DNA from: Octopus sinensis
Taxonomy: Eukaryota
Reading direction: 5' to 3'
Assembly (NCBI RefSeq): GCF_006345805.1
Contig: NC_043012.1
Location: 53,816,001-53,880,000, forward strand
DNA: 64,000 nt
Part shown: piece after piece, positions 36,738-48,995 of the stretch
Position numbering within the stretch: position 1 is the stretch's first letter
Layout of the letters: each line of letters begins with the position of its first letter
Translations under genes and position numbers: made by a program
The notes under the pieces: generated by a model
What the model was told of the DNA's origin: nothing
What the model saw: only the letters and a program-made list of their open reading frames with translations
Database searches by the model: none

Positions 36738-37135
36738 GTTTGAATGGCAGTTTTTAACATAATTACTAGGCAACTAAAAAAATATAAAGTTCGTATACTG
36801 GTAGAATGTGTTTATAAAACATCTTTTTCTCTTGGCTTTGTTGAGAAAATTCTGTAGTTTGTAAGATATTTGTTGTTTTTTTCTTCAATTTCTGCAATTT
36901 CAACCAATCAATGACGTCTATTGAGTTAAAAAGCATTCTGTGCCGTATGAATATGTCCCTCGTTTAAGAAACAGATTGGGTTTATTTAAATTTGTGAAGA
37001 AAAAAAAGATACCCTCCCCCACCTCTAACCCTAACACAGATTGAAATGCAATAGATCGATTCTAGGGTCATTAATTATGGGTGGCAATTTCATATGACAC
37101 CGCTAGAAAAAACTGCCGTTCAAACCGAAATGATC
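36737..37135. mobile_element. MITE with ~20-bp TIRs, superfamily unassigned
   Basis: CGGTTTGAATGGCAGTTTTT ... AAAAACTGCCGTTCAAACCG. Confidence 0.75.
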
Positions 37136-37172
<37 letters not shown>

Positions 37173-37718
37173 TCATTCTTTTATTCTTATTCAAGTTTCG
37201 TTGTCTGTTCAGAGTTATAATATGTATTTTTGTATGTGTGTAGAGAAAGAAAGAGACAGAGAGAGAGACACACAGGGAGAGGAAGAGAGAGTGACAAACA
37301 CACAGACACCATTTTTTTCTGTTATATGTACAGAATATTTGGATTAATTGCTTTAGCAGGAATATATTATTGAACAGCAAGTGAAGTTAGTATTGTCTGG
37401 AGATACTTCGAGAAAATAACATTTAGGCTTCAGGGATATTTGAAAATGAGAAATAGCAAACCAACATATACTCCAAGGACAGAGATGGTTAATTTACTAC
37501 GTAATTGGAAAACTATTATTGTTAAATACTGTTAAATACCATTAGGAAATTTTAGTAAATTTTGTCACGTGCAAACGTGTAAAAATAAACTGAGTCTAGT
37601 AGAAATCAACATTTCGTTTTACTAAAATTATATTTGTTTTATTGTAAAACGCACGCAAAAAACTTCGCTCATAGGAATACGCAGATAGATAGATAAATAG
37701 ATAGATAGATAGATAGAA

Positions 37719-37955
37719 GGCGGCGAGCTGGCAGAAACGTTAGCACACCGGGCGAAATGCGTGGCCGTATTTCGTCTGCCGTTACGTTCGTTCTGAGTTC
37801 AAATTCCGCCGAGGTCGACTTTGCCTTTCATCCTTTCGGGGTCGATAGATTAAGTACCAGTTACGCACTGGGGTCGATGTAATCGACTTAATCCGTTTGT
37901 CTGTCCTTGTTTGTCCCCTCTGTGTTTAGCCCCTTCTGGGTAGTAAAGAAATAAG
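37719..37955 (+). mobile_element. SINE family B1, full length, inside a (GATA)n array
   Basis: GGCGGCGAGCTGGCAGAAACGTTAG..GAGTTCAAATTCC..GTAGTAAAGAAATAAG; GATA repeats on both sides. Confidence 0.92.
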
Positions 37956-37968
37956 ATAGATAGATACG

Positions 37969-38020
<52 letters not shown>

Positions 38021-39439
38021 CAGACAGATAGATATTGTCTTATAACTTTCGGTATTTGTTATCAGACAGCAGCTGTACTAGAAAAACCACTTGTTTCCGA
38101 AACGAAGTCCTTAAACAAATGCCCATTTTAAATGTTATGATATAATACACCAATGTGTCAACTATTCCACGACTTTAAGTTTCATGCTAAAAGCCTTTCC
38201 GCAATAGGTTTTAATGTGAGTGAAAAATGAATCAAATACTGCTAATGAAGTCCCAGTTTCGCATGAATCTTAATCACTTAGAAGTGATTATATCTATGAA
38301 CTTTATGATAATAAATATAGATTACACAATGCATTGGGTGGTCTTTCGTTTATTTATGATGCCCATATAACCACTTACTAATGTTCAAAATGCATTGATA
38401 GATAGATAGAGAGATAGATAGATATGAAATATATATATATATATATATATATATATTCGTGTGTGTATGAGCATGTGTATGAACTCTGTGCGCGTGTATT
38501 TAAGTGACACTGTGCTAGTATGTACGTTTATGTCTATGTATCTACGTTTAAAAAAGTGTACATATGCATGTGTATAGGTGTGAGCACGTTTGTATATATA
38601 TATAACTACATGCAATTTTATATATATATATATATATATATATTATATTATATATATATATTATATACATTACATACATACATACATGTATGCAGATAGA
38701 TTTGTATAAATATATGCGCATATGGATAGATAAATAGTTAGACACACACACACACACACATTATATATATATATATATATATATAAATGCACACATCTGC
38801 ACTAATGTCTTACATATATATATAAATAAAATCAATCTCATTACGTTAATGGTATTTAATAAGATGAAAGACAAAACTTCACCCTGGTGGGGAATGAGAA
38901 CATTTCATGTATGATACTAAATACTGAAAGTTCACATTTCCGTCAGCTTATCGCACCTATACATTGTTTATAAATATTATTCTTTAAAATTTCTATTAGA
39001 ATGCATTTATCGATTAGTTTGTATTTCATGTGGCATTTATGGACAATAACGTCCTTTTTATACAGGCTTCCAGTTGAGAAATGAACTGTTTTCATGATGG
39101 CGCAAGTAACAAGAGATTTTCTGTACTTCCTTTGCCTGTGGTTATATCATTTGCCAAAGATATATTTATTTGCACTGACATGGCTGTGATTCCGGGTCAG
39201 GTCACACTGCGCGTCATCATGGGCAGATCTAATATATCCAGGGTCAGTTTTAAGCCAATTAGACATATTTGTTCAAATTGGGCCCTGCGCCAGGAGAAGG
39301 CCCTGTACACATGCTCGATGAATTTTTAGTATATTATTGTGGCTAACGGTGGAGCATCAAGCCTTCAACTTCTTTTAGCCGAGACAGGCGTACTACACCG
39401 AGCACAAAATATCTAACTTCAGCTTTTGTCAGCCCTGCT

Positions 39440-39760
39440 GACAACTCTTTAATGGGGCCCCGCACTTCCTAGCCCAGGCTCTGAATATAACCCCTTGTCG
39501 AGTAATGTCTTGTGAGTGAATTTTGTAGACAGATGGTATATGGAAGCCCGTCGAATATATATGTATGTATCTTCACACTGTTTGTTGATCGGCCTTGGTC
39601 CAGTTATGGCCGCGTAAAACAGCAGCTTGGGACAAGACACCATTAGAATAAGTACCAGACTTTAAATAAGAGTAAGTACTGTGTCCCATTCGGTCAACTA
39701 ATCCCTTCAAAGTGGCGCTTCAGCATGGGCGTATTTCAATGACTAAATCACGTAAGAAAT
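39440..39760 (+). mobile_element. Diverged family-A SINE
   Basis: GTGAGTGAATTTTGTAGACAG..ATTAGAATAAGTACCAG..CAGCATGG motifs. Confidence 0.65.
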
Positions 39761-39772
39761 AAAAGAAAGAAT

Positions 39773-39810
<38 letters not shown>

Positions 39811-39812
39811 GT

Positions 39813-40116
39813 GTGGAGGCACATGGCCTAGTAGTTAGAGCAGCGGACTCGCGTTCGAAGGATCGCGGGTTTGAATCTCAGACTGGGCGATCTGTGTGTT
39901 TATGAGCGAAACACATAAGCTCCACGCGGCTCCGGAAGAAGGTAATGGCGAACTTCTGCTGACTCTTTCGCCACAACTTTCTCTCAGTCTTTCCTCCTGC
40001 ATCTTGCAGCTCACCTGCGACGGACCGGCATCCCGTCCAGGTGGGAAACCTATACGCCAAGGAAACCGAGAAACCGGCCCTGGTGAGCCAGGCATGGCAC
40101 GAGAAGGAACAAAAAA
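39813..40116 (+). mobile_element. SINE family C2, full length, between (CA)(TA) and (GT) repeats
   Basis: TGGCCTAGTAGTTAGAG A box and GGTTTGAATCTC B box; C2 tail. Confidence 0.9.
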
Positions 40117-40597
40117 TCGTACATACGTATGTGTGTGTGTGTGCGTGTGTGTGTAAGTCAAGGCATAAAATAATAGTCATTACATTTTTCTTTATTATAG
40201 TAAATCAGTAGTCATTATAGGTTCGTTATCGATAGGTTTACTCAATCGGCCCATTGATCGATTGAGAAAATTTGAATGGCCTAGAAAAATTAATAATTAA
40301 TGGTACATACGTCAGTCATTATATAATACACATACACACATATATACATTACATACGACTGAGTCTGGCCACCGCTTCTTTCAGTTAATTTCCAATCGCA
40401 AGACATTAGAATCAGGCGGACCACAGTTACAATGGAAGTCACTCGCCCAAAATGCCACTCACTGAAATTGGACCCGAAACTGTATGGTTCTAAAGTGAAT
40501 TTCCTAACTATACAGATATTCTTGCTCCAATGTCGAATACAAGACCATTTTACTGGAGAAATGACCGAAATGATTAAATCATCTCCAGTGTCAATAT

Positions 40598-40922
40598 TTT
40601 ATTTTATTTGCGTTCTGAGTTCAAATTCCGCCGAGGTCGACTTTGCCTTTCATCCTTTCGGGGTCGATAAATTAAGAACCACTTGCGTACTAGGGTCGAT
40701 CTAATCGACTGGCTCCCTCCCCAAAAATTTCGGACCTTGTGCCTAGAGTAGAAAAGAATATTTATTTTACTCTATGTTCTGAGTTGAAATTCCGCCGATG
40801 TCGACTTTGCGTTTCATCATTTCGGGGTTGATAAATTAAGTACCAGTTGCGTACTGGAGTCGATCTAATTGAGTGACCCCCTTCCCCCAAGATTTCAGGC
40901 CTTGTGCCTATAGTAGAAAAGA
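40598..40922 (+). mobile_element. Two tandem headless family-B2 SINE copies
   Basis: TTCTGAGTT(C/G)AAATTCCGCCGA..GTAGAAAAGAATAT occurs twice. Confidence 0.85.
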
Positions 40923-41067
40923 ATATACACCCCACTCAGAATGGGATTGTCTGAAAATTACACAATAGTATAGAAAGACTGAAGACATATCTTTAATCTT
41001 TCATTTTTTACACGTTTCAGTAATTGGGCCGTGACCATATTGGGACGCCGCCTAATTAGGTTTCGTG

Positions 41068-41292
41068 CAGTGGTTCACAACCAGGATCTACATGAACCTT
41101 TGGGATTTATATAAGATTTTGTTTTAAAGTTTATGAGCAATTAATTTGTTATACTTCTGTAAAACACACAATATTTTAACAATTTCTTTTGCAATTTCTA
41201 ATAATATCTAATTATAAAGAATAATATCATTTTATAAACATAGTGTCCAGTAGAATAAAATAGGGATCAAAAAGATCCATAGGGGAAAAAAT
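41068..41292. mobile_element. Second copy of the 6934-7156 hAT MITE family, inverted; right end lost in (TA)n
   Basis: CAGTGGTTCACAACC TIR; body aligns with the reverse complement of 6934-7156. Confidence 0.7.
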
Positions 41293-41559
41293 TATATATA
41301 TATATATATATTTATATATACATATATATATAAGGCTTTTTACATTAAGGAAGTATCTTAGATCTAGATCATATTCTTAGGTTAACTGTGTCATTCTAAA
41401 ATAGCTTTCAAATGAACACCACCAGAAGTGAATAGATAGGCCGAAAACTACATGGATCATAATATGCACTATCCGGTACTCCATCAGCTTCCGCACAAAG
41501 ATCTAGTTTTATAATAGGTTAGCTCTAACAACAGTTCTCTAATTTGGTGAGACACAGTG

Positions 41560-41855
41560 AAGATAAACTGAAAGCTAGATGTTTTCCATCAAAGATGCTT
41601 GGGAAGGGTTATGATAACGTACTGGCTAGACGACGACTCAATAAAGACGTTCTAGAGGGAGCCAGCAGAAGAGCAAGTAGCGAAATCATCATGGAAAGAA
41701 GATTGATAAACGTAAGTCATATACTTTAGTTCTCAGAACAATGTCTATCTAAAACAGCTTTCAAATGGACACCATCAGAGGAGGAGGACAGGGAGAGAGA
41801 GATCGAAAACTACATGGTGCAGAACATTCATAACTGACATGAGAGAGACCAATAC
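41560..41855 (+). mobile_element. RTE LINE 3' remnant
   Basis: KLDVFHQRCL..RRLIN..KTAFKWTPS..KTTWCRTF; a partial duplicate lies at 41370-41460. Confidence 0.65.
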
Positions 41856-41859
41856 TCAT

Positions 41860-42150
41860 CATCATAGTTCAACCGTAGTCGAGACAATGGAATTTGCTAT
41901 GTTACGCCAGACTTCACGGTCCATCATAGCATTACGGAGGTCCTGTTGCTGGATGTCTGTATCCCTGGAGATTACATCAGGGTAGGAGAGTGTGCGCCCT
42001 CTGGTATCGCGAGTAGATGGCTTCCAGAGGAGAAGAGGAGAAATTGCCTTGTTTTTAGCTTTACAACAATGTCCAGCAAACTGACCAATACTACATGGGT
42101 GGATGTAGAGAAAATCACAGCCGATAGAAAGCAATGGCTTCAAGTTGCTG
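41860..42150 (-). mobile_element. RTE LINE 3' end with (TGA)n tail
   Basis: QFAGHC..LLLWKPS..RGRTLSYPDVISRDT..DLRNAMMDREVWRNI..**. Confidence 0.8.
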
Positions 42151-42179
42151 CCCAATGTGCTCGAGAGCATGCGAGTAAC

Positions 42180-42935
42180 TGGTGCTGAGTACTTACCTCG
42201 TGCTATATTTTATCGATCTTGGAAGAGGTAAAGACCAAATCGATTTCGGCAGGACTGAACACAGAACGAAAGAGCGTCAAAATTTCGAAGGTATTTTGTC
42301 CATCACTGTAGTGATCACACCAAACCACAGTTTCCTAAATATTGATGGCAAATTTTGGCACGAGGCCAGCAATTTCGGAGCAGGAGTAAGTCGATTACAT
42401 CGTCAGCAGTGCTCAACTGATACTTATCGACCTAGAATGGATGAAAGGCAAAGTCCACATCGACGGAATTTGAACTTAGAACGAAAAGCCGCTAAGCATT
42501 TTGCTCGGCGTGCTCACGATTCTTATTTCTTTATACCCCACAAGGGGCTAAACATAGAGGGGACAAACAAGGACAGGCAAAGAGATAAAGTCGATTACAT
42601 CGATCCCAGTGAGTAAGTGGGACTTAATTTATTGACCCCGAAAGGATGAAAGGCAAAGTCGACCTCGGCGGAATTTGAATTCAGAACGTAACGGCAGATG
42701 AAATAACTATCTCTTTACTACCCACAGAGGGCGAAACACAGAGACGACAAACAAGGACAGACAAACGGATTAAATCGATTATATCGACCCCAGTGCGTAA
42801 CTGGTACTTATTTAATCGGCCCCAAAAGGATGAAAGGCAAAGTCGACCTCGGCGGAATTTGAACTCAGAACGTAACGGCAGACGAAATACCGCTACGCAT
42901 TTCGCCCGGCGTGCAAATGTTTCTGCCAGCTCGCC
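42180..42935 (-). mobile_element. Cluster of four same-orientation family-B SINEs (B2 and B1)
   Basis: Core GAAAGGCAAAGTC recurs at ~42440, 42650 and 42835, with a diverged copy at ~42220. Confidence 0.85.
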
Positions 42936-43039
42936 ATCTTTCTCCATTCGCCAAATATTGAATGTATATTTAAATACACATTTAATAGCACTGTCATCTC
43001 AACACAGATGTTTAGATTAGCTTACGTCACAGGTCTTGC

Positions 43040-43200
43040 AATGAGATCTCTAATTACTATTCCAGGCGTTCTGTTAACAACCTGTCAGTCTTCTCCAGAT
43101 AACTCTTTCACTTCCAGTTTCTCAAAGAGCCGTTGCAAACGAGAGTTGCCAACTGCTTCACCCGACACCCAACCTCCGAGACCTTCTACCCTCGTTAATA
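43040..43200 (-). mobile_element. Possible RLE LINE (HERO/NeSL-like) C-terminal remnant
   Basis: GAGGTTGGGTGTCGG encodes EVGCR (VEVGCRG motif), followed by RLQRLFEKL. Confidence 0.3.
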
Positions 43201-44049
43201 TGTGCAGATGTTTTTTTTTCTTCACGTTACATAACAAATGTCTTGGAATTTTGTGTAACCTTGCAAATATTTTTGTCTTACAAGTCATACTAACTCTTTA
43301 GCCACCCACTAATCTATATTCCATCAACATAAATAATCTACCACTCATATATATTATTTTTTTCTGTATATGTATATATATGTGTATGTGTGTTAGTGTG
43401 TGTGTCTTTATATAAGTAAACCAGTTTATGTGTACATGTAATATAATATACTAAATAATACATACAACAATATATATATATATATATACACATATGCTTT
43501 TCGTATGAATATGAATTAATATGCATAATTTATATATGTGAGGATATATATGTATCATTATATATCTATGTGTATATGCGTTTGCGTGCGCGTATCTGTA
43601 TACATATATATATATAATATACATACATGAATATATACATACGTATACCTACATAAATGATCATGTATATCATCGTATGCATAGTTTATATGCGATTTAT
43701 AGTAATTCTTATTCCATTTGTCAAACGATATGGGTTTTAGTTTTGGTTTTGGTTCTGATTCTTTTTTTCCTCCTTACATCGAACGCTCTGGTTGCTATGA
43801 AAACATTTGGTAACCCATTATTACGGAATTGTGCGAGTAGCTAACAGAGGTTTGTTGCGAAAATACATATATTGATTTCTGAGACATATTTTCTAACATT
43901 AGTATGAGAGAGTTATTATGTGATCTGACTGCTTTTTTTAAAGTTGTTATCGACTTAAAGTAGGGGTGGATGAAATAGGGATTATCAGCAGGAATGCTGA
44001 TTCAGCGGATTTAGAGATTACCATAATTCTGCGAAACGAAGAATGAACT

Positions 44050-44540
44050 TGTATGTGGTCGTTCGACCCGCTTAAAGTAGCTACTAAATTTCATAAAATA
44101 GCAGCATTCCGTGTTGACAAATGAAGGTCACATTGTATATCGTAATGCCAGGTAAATGAAAGGACAGATGGTCATGAATGGAGTGTCTTTGACCATACCT
44201 CTACCCAATCAGATTTGAACTTGAAGCAAAGCAAATCCTACAACGACCACATAGACGTTGACTTTATCAATCACTCACACACATACACACACACACACAC
44301 ACACATACACGCGCGCACGCTATTACATTCAATACACCGAGGGAGCCCTTTACGTTTGCTCGATCTGCAAACAAAACGAGCCAAACCTCCTTGAAATCTC
44401 TTTTTCAACGCACTAACAGACAGACGCTATTGAATAATGTAGTCCTAGATATACTGTTCCTGAAAAACGAAACGAGCTAGTCGCAATGTTGGTCCTTTAT
44501 CTGTCTCCTTTACAGGGCTAACCTGTGGGCTGAAACAATA
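44050..44540 (+). mobile_element. Two old copies of interspersed family D
   Basis: GGTCGTTCGACC..ATAATGTAGTCCTAGATA..TTTGA(T/C)CATA..GGGCTAA consensus shared with 47940, 51770, 55370 and 55870. Confidence 0.55.
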
Positions 44541-44764
44541 ATCAGCTTCTCATTCTTGAGTAACTCTAATACAGGAACTCTTTTCTATATATGCTCCTCC
44601 CGCTCCTCCCACGCATCTTGATTCTGCCTGTTTCACCTGCACTTCTTCTTCCTCTTTCTTTCTATGTTTCCTCGTCTAAAACTTAAACCAAGCTCATTCA
44701 CCAATCCAATCACTCGACAGAACCGTCCTCATCCTAACCATTGACATCATATTTTTAAACAGAA

Positions 44765-44930
44765 AAGGCGGAAAAGCTGGTAAAATCCCCAGCATACCGG
44801 AGTAAGTGCATAGCGGCATTTCGCTCGTTTTTAAGCTCTGAGTTCAAATTCCGCCGACTTTACCTGGGGCGATGTAATCGATTACGTCTCTCCTCCAAAA
44901 TTTCAGACCTTGTACCTATAGTACAAAGGA
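44765..44930 (+). mobile_element. Family-B2 SINE with core deletion
   Basis: CTGAGTTCAAATTCCGCCGAC..GATGTAATCGA..CTTGTACCTATAGTA. Confidence 0.7.
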
Positions 44931-45002
44931 TTATCATCCATACATATATCCACAGGACGCAAACCTCCCTAAAACTGATTCCTAAAAAACAATTTTTCTT
45001 TA

Positions 45003-45310
45003 TTTATGTGCCCTTTTCAAGCCTAGCCAGGCTCATGGGCCCGGTTCCTCGGTTTCTATGGCGTATATGTTCTTCCCAGCTGGACGGGACGACAGTCCAT
45101 TGCAGCGTAACTCAAGAAACAGGAAGAAAGAGTGAGAGAAAGTTGGGACGAAAGTACAGAAGGGATCGCCACCACCCCCTGCCGGAGCCTCGTGGAGCTT
45201 TAGGTGTTTTCGCTCAATAAATATACACAACGCCCGGTCTGGGAATGGAAACCGCAATCCTCCGACCGCGAGTCCGCTGCCCAAACCACTGGACCATTGC
45301 GCCTCCACCC
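45003..45310 (-). mobile_element. SINE family C1, full length
   Basis: Reverse complement of 13165-13500. Confidence 0.9.
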
Positions 45311-45609
45311 TAAAAAAAAACAATACTTAATTAAATCTACTTGATTCCCCATTCTTCCTGCTCTAGTCTGTCTATGTCACCATTACCTAGAACTCAAACT
45401 AAGCACAATATCCAATCGTTGTTTCCCCAAGCAGAGTGCACTCCTTCCTCCCTGGTTGCAGCAGCCATTGAATTTTAGATGTTCAGCGACATTAATCTTA
45501 TTAACCTCATCCATTTGTCTCAGACTCTCGTCAAGGAGAAGAGACACTACAAGAGTTCTAGAAATTCTACGCCGCCCCTCTTTTATTTCCCTCCTTCTTT
45601 CTTAATCGC

Positions 45610-46000
45610 GCGCATACATACATACATACATACATACATACATACATACATACATACATACATACACATACAAGATCACTTTCACAATTTTGTCAGCATC
45701 AGCATCACTATCAGAATAACCAACAAGTCCATCACTATCATCATTGCAATCATCAGCATCATTACATATTTGACATCATCACAATCATCGCATCGTCGCC
45801 ATCATTACGATCACAACCATCACCATCATCAGCAACATTATATATTCATCACTATTACCATCATCAACAGCAGCTTCACCGTTCTTATTAGCATTACCAA
45901 CCTTACCATTGAGTGATTAGAATCATGATCTCTAGCGTCATCATAATCAGCAGCAGCAATATCATCATCACCATAATCATCATCATCATCATCATCACGA
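45610..46000. repeat. (ACAT)n followed by a degenerate (ATC)n tract
   Basis: Directly visible. Confidence 0.85.
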
Positions 46001-46389
46001 TAAGCCTATATTATGAAGAGAAATATAAAAATGTTGAAAAAAAACCAACTCAACAGTAATTAAGACTCAATTAAAAGTTAACTTCATCACCGAAGGTTGA
46101 TCTCACTAATTGTAATTAACAGGATAAAGTCTGATTAGAAGTATACTATTATGAACTAATCGATAACAATTCAATCATATAACGGCCAATAAACAATAGT
46201 CTGGTCAATTCCGAGCTAGGATTTTGTGGTTCTTATTGTTATTATCGTCACCGCTGTCCAGCGCCCAATTCAGCTCTGATCGGGCAAATTTATGAAAATA
46301 TTCGTTAGCGACCACTTCTGCTTTTGCTCCTTTTATTTTATTCAAGTATAGCGAAATGGAACCACAAATGGTAGTATATATAATATTTA

Positions 46390-46605
46390 CGTGTTGGTGC
46401 TGAAACGTTCCTGATTTTGAGGGTGTCGCGAAAGGCTGGCTGGAGGCTCAACGTTCCGAATTGTTTTACAAGGATGAGAAAAACTGAAGGATCGCTGCAA
46501 TAAGAGAGTGAATCTGAAAGGGGAATATGTTGAATAAAATCATAAGTAACTGATCTTCCAGTATTTTCTTTTACCCCAAACCAGGAACTTTTCAGCACCC
46601 TCCCA
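46390..46605 (+). mobile_element. Mariner-derived MITE retaining the transposase C-terminus
   Basis: 24-bp TIRs (..GGTGCTGAAA(C/A)GTTCCTG) with TA on both sides; internal KLKDRCNKRVNLKGEYVE*. Confidence 0.8.
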
Positions 46606-46689
46606 TATGTGTATACAAATGTGGAACAGCACTAGCTTTAACATATCAGAACTCCGGTGAATCACCAGACACTGTTTCGATCTGGTTTG

Positions 46690-46810
46690 GTCACCTCTTT
46701 GACAAATACACCATGCGTTCTGAGCCAAACCGAAAACACATTTTCAAACCCACGATCCCTCGACCGCGAGTTCGCCGCTCTAACCTCTACGCCATGTGCC
46801 TCCACAAGCT
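46690..46810 (-). mobile_element. Family-C SINE head
   Basis: CGATCCCTCGACCGCGAGTTCGCCGCTCTAACC..GCCATGTGCCTCCAC. Confidence 0.75.
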
Positions 46811-47699
46811 TGACATTACTGCCATCAAAATTACTGTTGTCAGAAGGTAAAGATCCGGAATAGATGGAATGTGAGGACTGAGTGCGGCAGTGTAGAAGCT
46901 GATGGTTTGGCTTGACATTCTACCAGTTCCGGTGACAGTTCATTTTGACACTGGAGGCGAACACACGCATGCGCGCGCACACACACATACGCTCGCACAT
47001 GTGATGAAATGTACGTATACTGATGGAGTGGAGCAGAAAGAGAGAGAAAGAGAGAGATGGAAAGAAAGAAACATTAAACATACAAAGATAAGTAGATGGT
47101 CACACACACACGTAGAGAGGCAGACACATACAGAGAGAGGGGTAGAGAGAACGAGAGAAACATGAAAACGTCTGTCAAATAATTCAGCGACGAAACAATG
47201 ATGCCAATATGAGGTGCCAAAAACGGCTGCTGCGCCAAAATGTCTAATAATCCTGCCTAGTTACCACTCAGCCATTTTGTTCGGGGATCTAACAATTCTG
47301 TCAACCCACCGTCCTTAACTGATACCTTCCATACCGACCGCGAAAGATTAAAGTCCAAGGTTGAGCTCGGTGAAATCTGAACTTAGAATTAGAGAGTTTG
47401 TCTATCCAACGTTCTTTGTTGTAAACAAAAAGGCAGAAATAAGCGATACATAATTATTATTTATCTTACGCTAGATAGTGTCTAACGTGTGACCTTTTGT
47501 TATCAGAAGTAACTGTCAGCAGAACGTCAGTTCTACTGAATTCACAGCGGGAAGAAGGGAAATTGCAAATGTTTATACATTTCCACAACGCATTTTCAAA
47601 GTAATTCAAATAGCTTAAGTGTCGAATCGAAACGGCTTATTTCATTGGCTATGAATTTACAATCCGATGATGCTATGTAATAAGAAAGAGCTTCTTCGA

Positions 47700-47932
47700 A
47701 GGCGCCGAGCTGGCAGAAACGTTAGAACGCTAGGCGAAACGCCTAGCGGTATTTCGTCTGCCGTTACGTTCTGAGTTCAAATTCCGCCGAGGTCGACTTT
47801 GCCTTTCATCCTTTCGGGGTCGATAAATTAAGTACTAATTACGCACTGGGGTCGATGTAATCGACTTAATCCGTTTGTCTGTCCTTGTTTGTCTCCTCTG
47901 TGTGTAGCTCCTTGTGGGCAGTAAAGAAATAT
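47700..47932 (+). mobile_element. SINE family B1, full length
   Basis: Collinear with 37719-37955. Confidence 0.92.
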
Positions 47933-48129
47933 GAAGTAAGAGCTTCTGCGAGGTTGCTCGACTAGCTAGAAGCAGCAACAAATCTCCTCAGTTCATTAAT
48001 TCTTATCTTGAAGTAAAAGTCCTCTTTGGATTATGTAGTTACTTTTATGTAGACAATAATAAATGGAACGGTCACGACTAGTACGCCTTTGATCATAATT
48101 CTACTTAATCTGGGGCTTAAACGAGGCTA

Positions 48130-48375
48130 AACAACAATATAGAGTTGCGTTGTTGTGTTTCGGGTGTTGCACTCGTGATCATAAGATTGTGGTTTCGATT
48201 ACTGGACCGGGCGATGCGTTGAGCAGAACACTTCATTTCTCGCAGCTCAAATCCATTCAGCTGGTAAAAATGAATAATCCTGCGACGAACTGCCGACTCG
48301 TCCATGCAGGGGATATATACGCCACAGAATCCCGGAAACCGTCCATTTGAACCTATGGTCCGAAGAGGACCTTTT
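48130..48375 (+). mobile_element. SINE: tRNA head + CORE-like + family-C tail (diverged), preceded by a family-D copy at 47940-48125
   Basis: Collinear with 14493-14782. Confidence 0.7.
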
Positions 48376-48801
48376 CTTTTTTTCTTTTTTTTTTTCTTTT
48401 TTTTTTGATCAACATCAGATCTATAATCTATAGGTAAGTCTTAGGTCAACGTTTTAATAAAATCTTAATGAACAAATTTTTGTTTTCTTGAGGGAACTTT
48501 GCAAATCTACTATCTGCTTATCATGGTTGATGAGACCTCCGAACTGTGCCTTTAAATTTTTTCTATTCCTTGTTTCACTCATTGGACTAGCGCTCTGGTG
48601 GTGCACCGATTTGAAGATTTCCCCGAATAAATGGACACCAGTATCTAATCTATCGAACCCATTTGCAATGGTAGAGAATAAACACAAACACAAAGGCACA
48701 CTCATATACACACACACCCTTAATCACATACATACAAACACACACCCTCAATCATGTACATGCACACCAACACACACACACATATATATACGTGTGTGTG
48801 T

Positions 48802-48824
<23 letters not shown>

Positions 48825-48833
<9 letters not shown>

Positions 48834-48995
48834 GGGCTTCTATATAATTTCTGTTTACCAAATTCACTCGGAAGGCATTGATCGACCAGGTGCTATCGTA
48901 GAAGACACGTGCCCAAGGTAGACTGCAGTAGGACTGGACCGGAAACCCCATGGCTGCAAAGCGAGCTTCTTGATCACACAGACATGACTGCACCT
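48825..48995 (-). mobile_element. Family-A SINE 5' half
   Basis: CGGGCTTC..TTTACCAAATTCACTC..GTAGAAGACACGTGCCCAAGG. Confidence 0.75.

Noticed and set aside
37020-37036. Telomere-like CTAACCCTAAC
   Set aside because: Fewer than two units, and internal to a MITE.
45330-45560. Possible L2/CR1 3' remnant (also 9380-9660 and 10450-10740 as possible old LINE pieces)
   Set aside because: Only faint motif similarity by eye, not enough to list as features.
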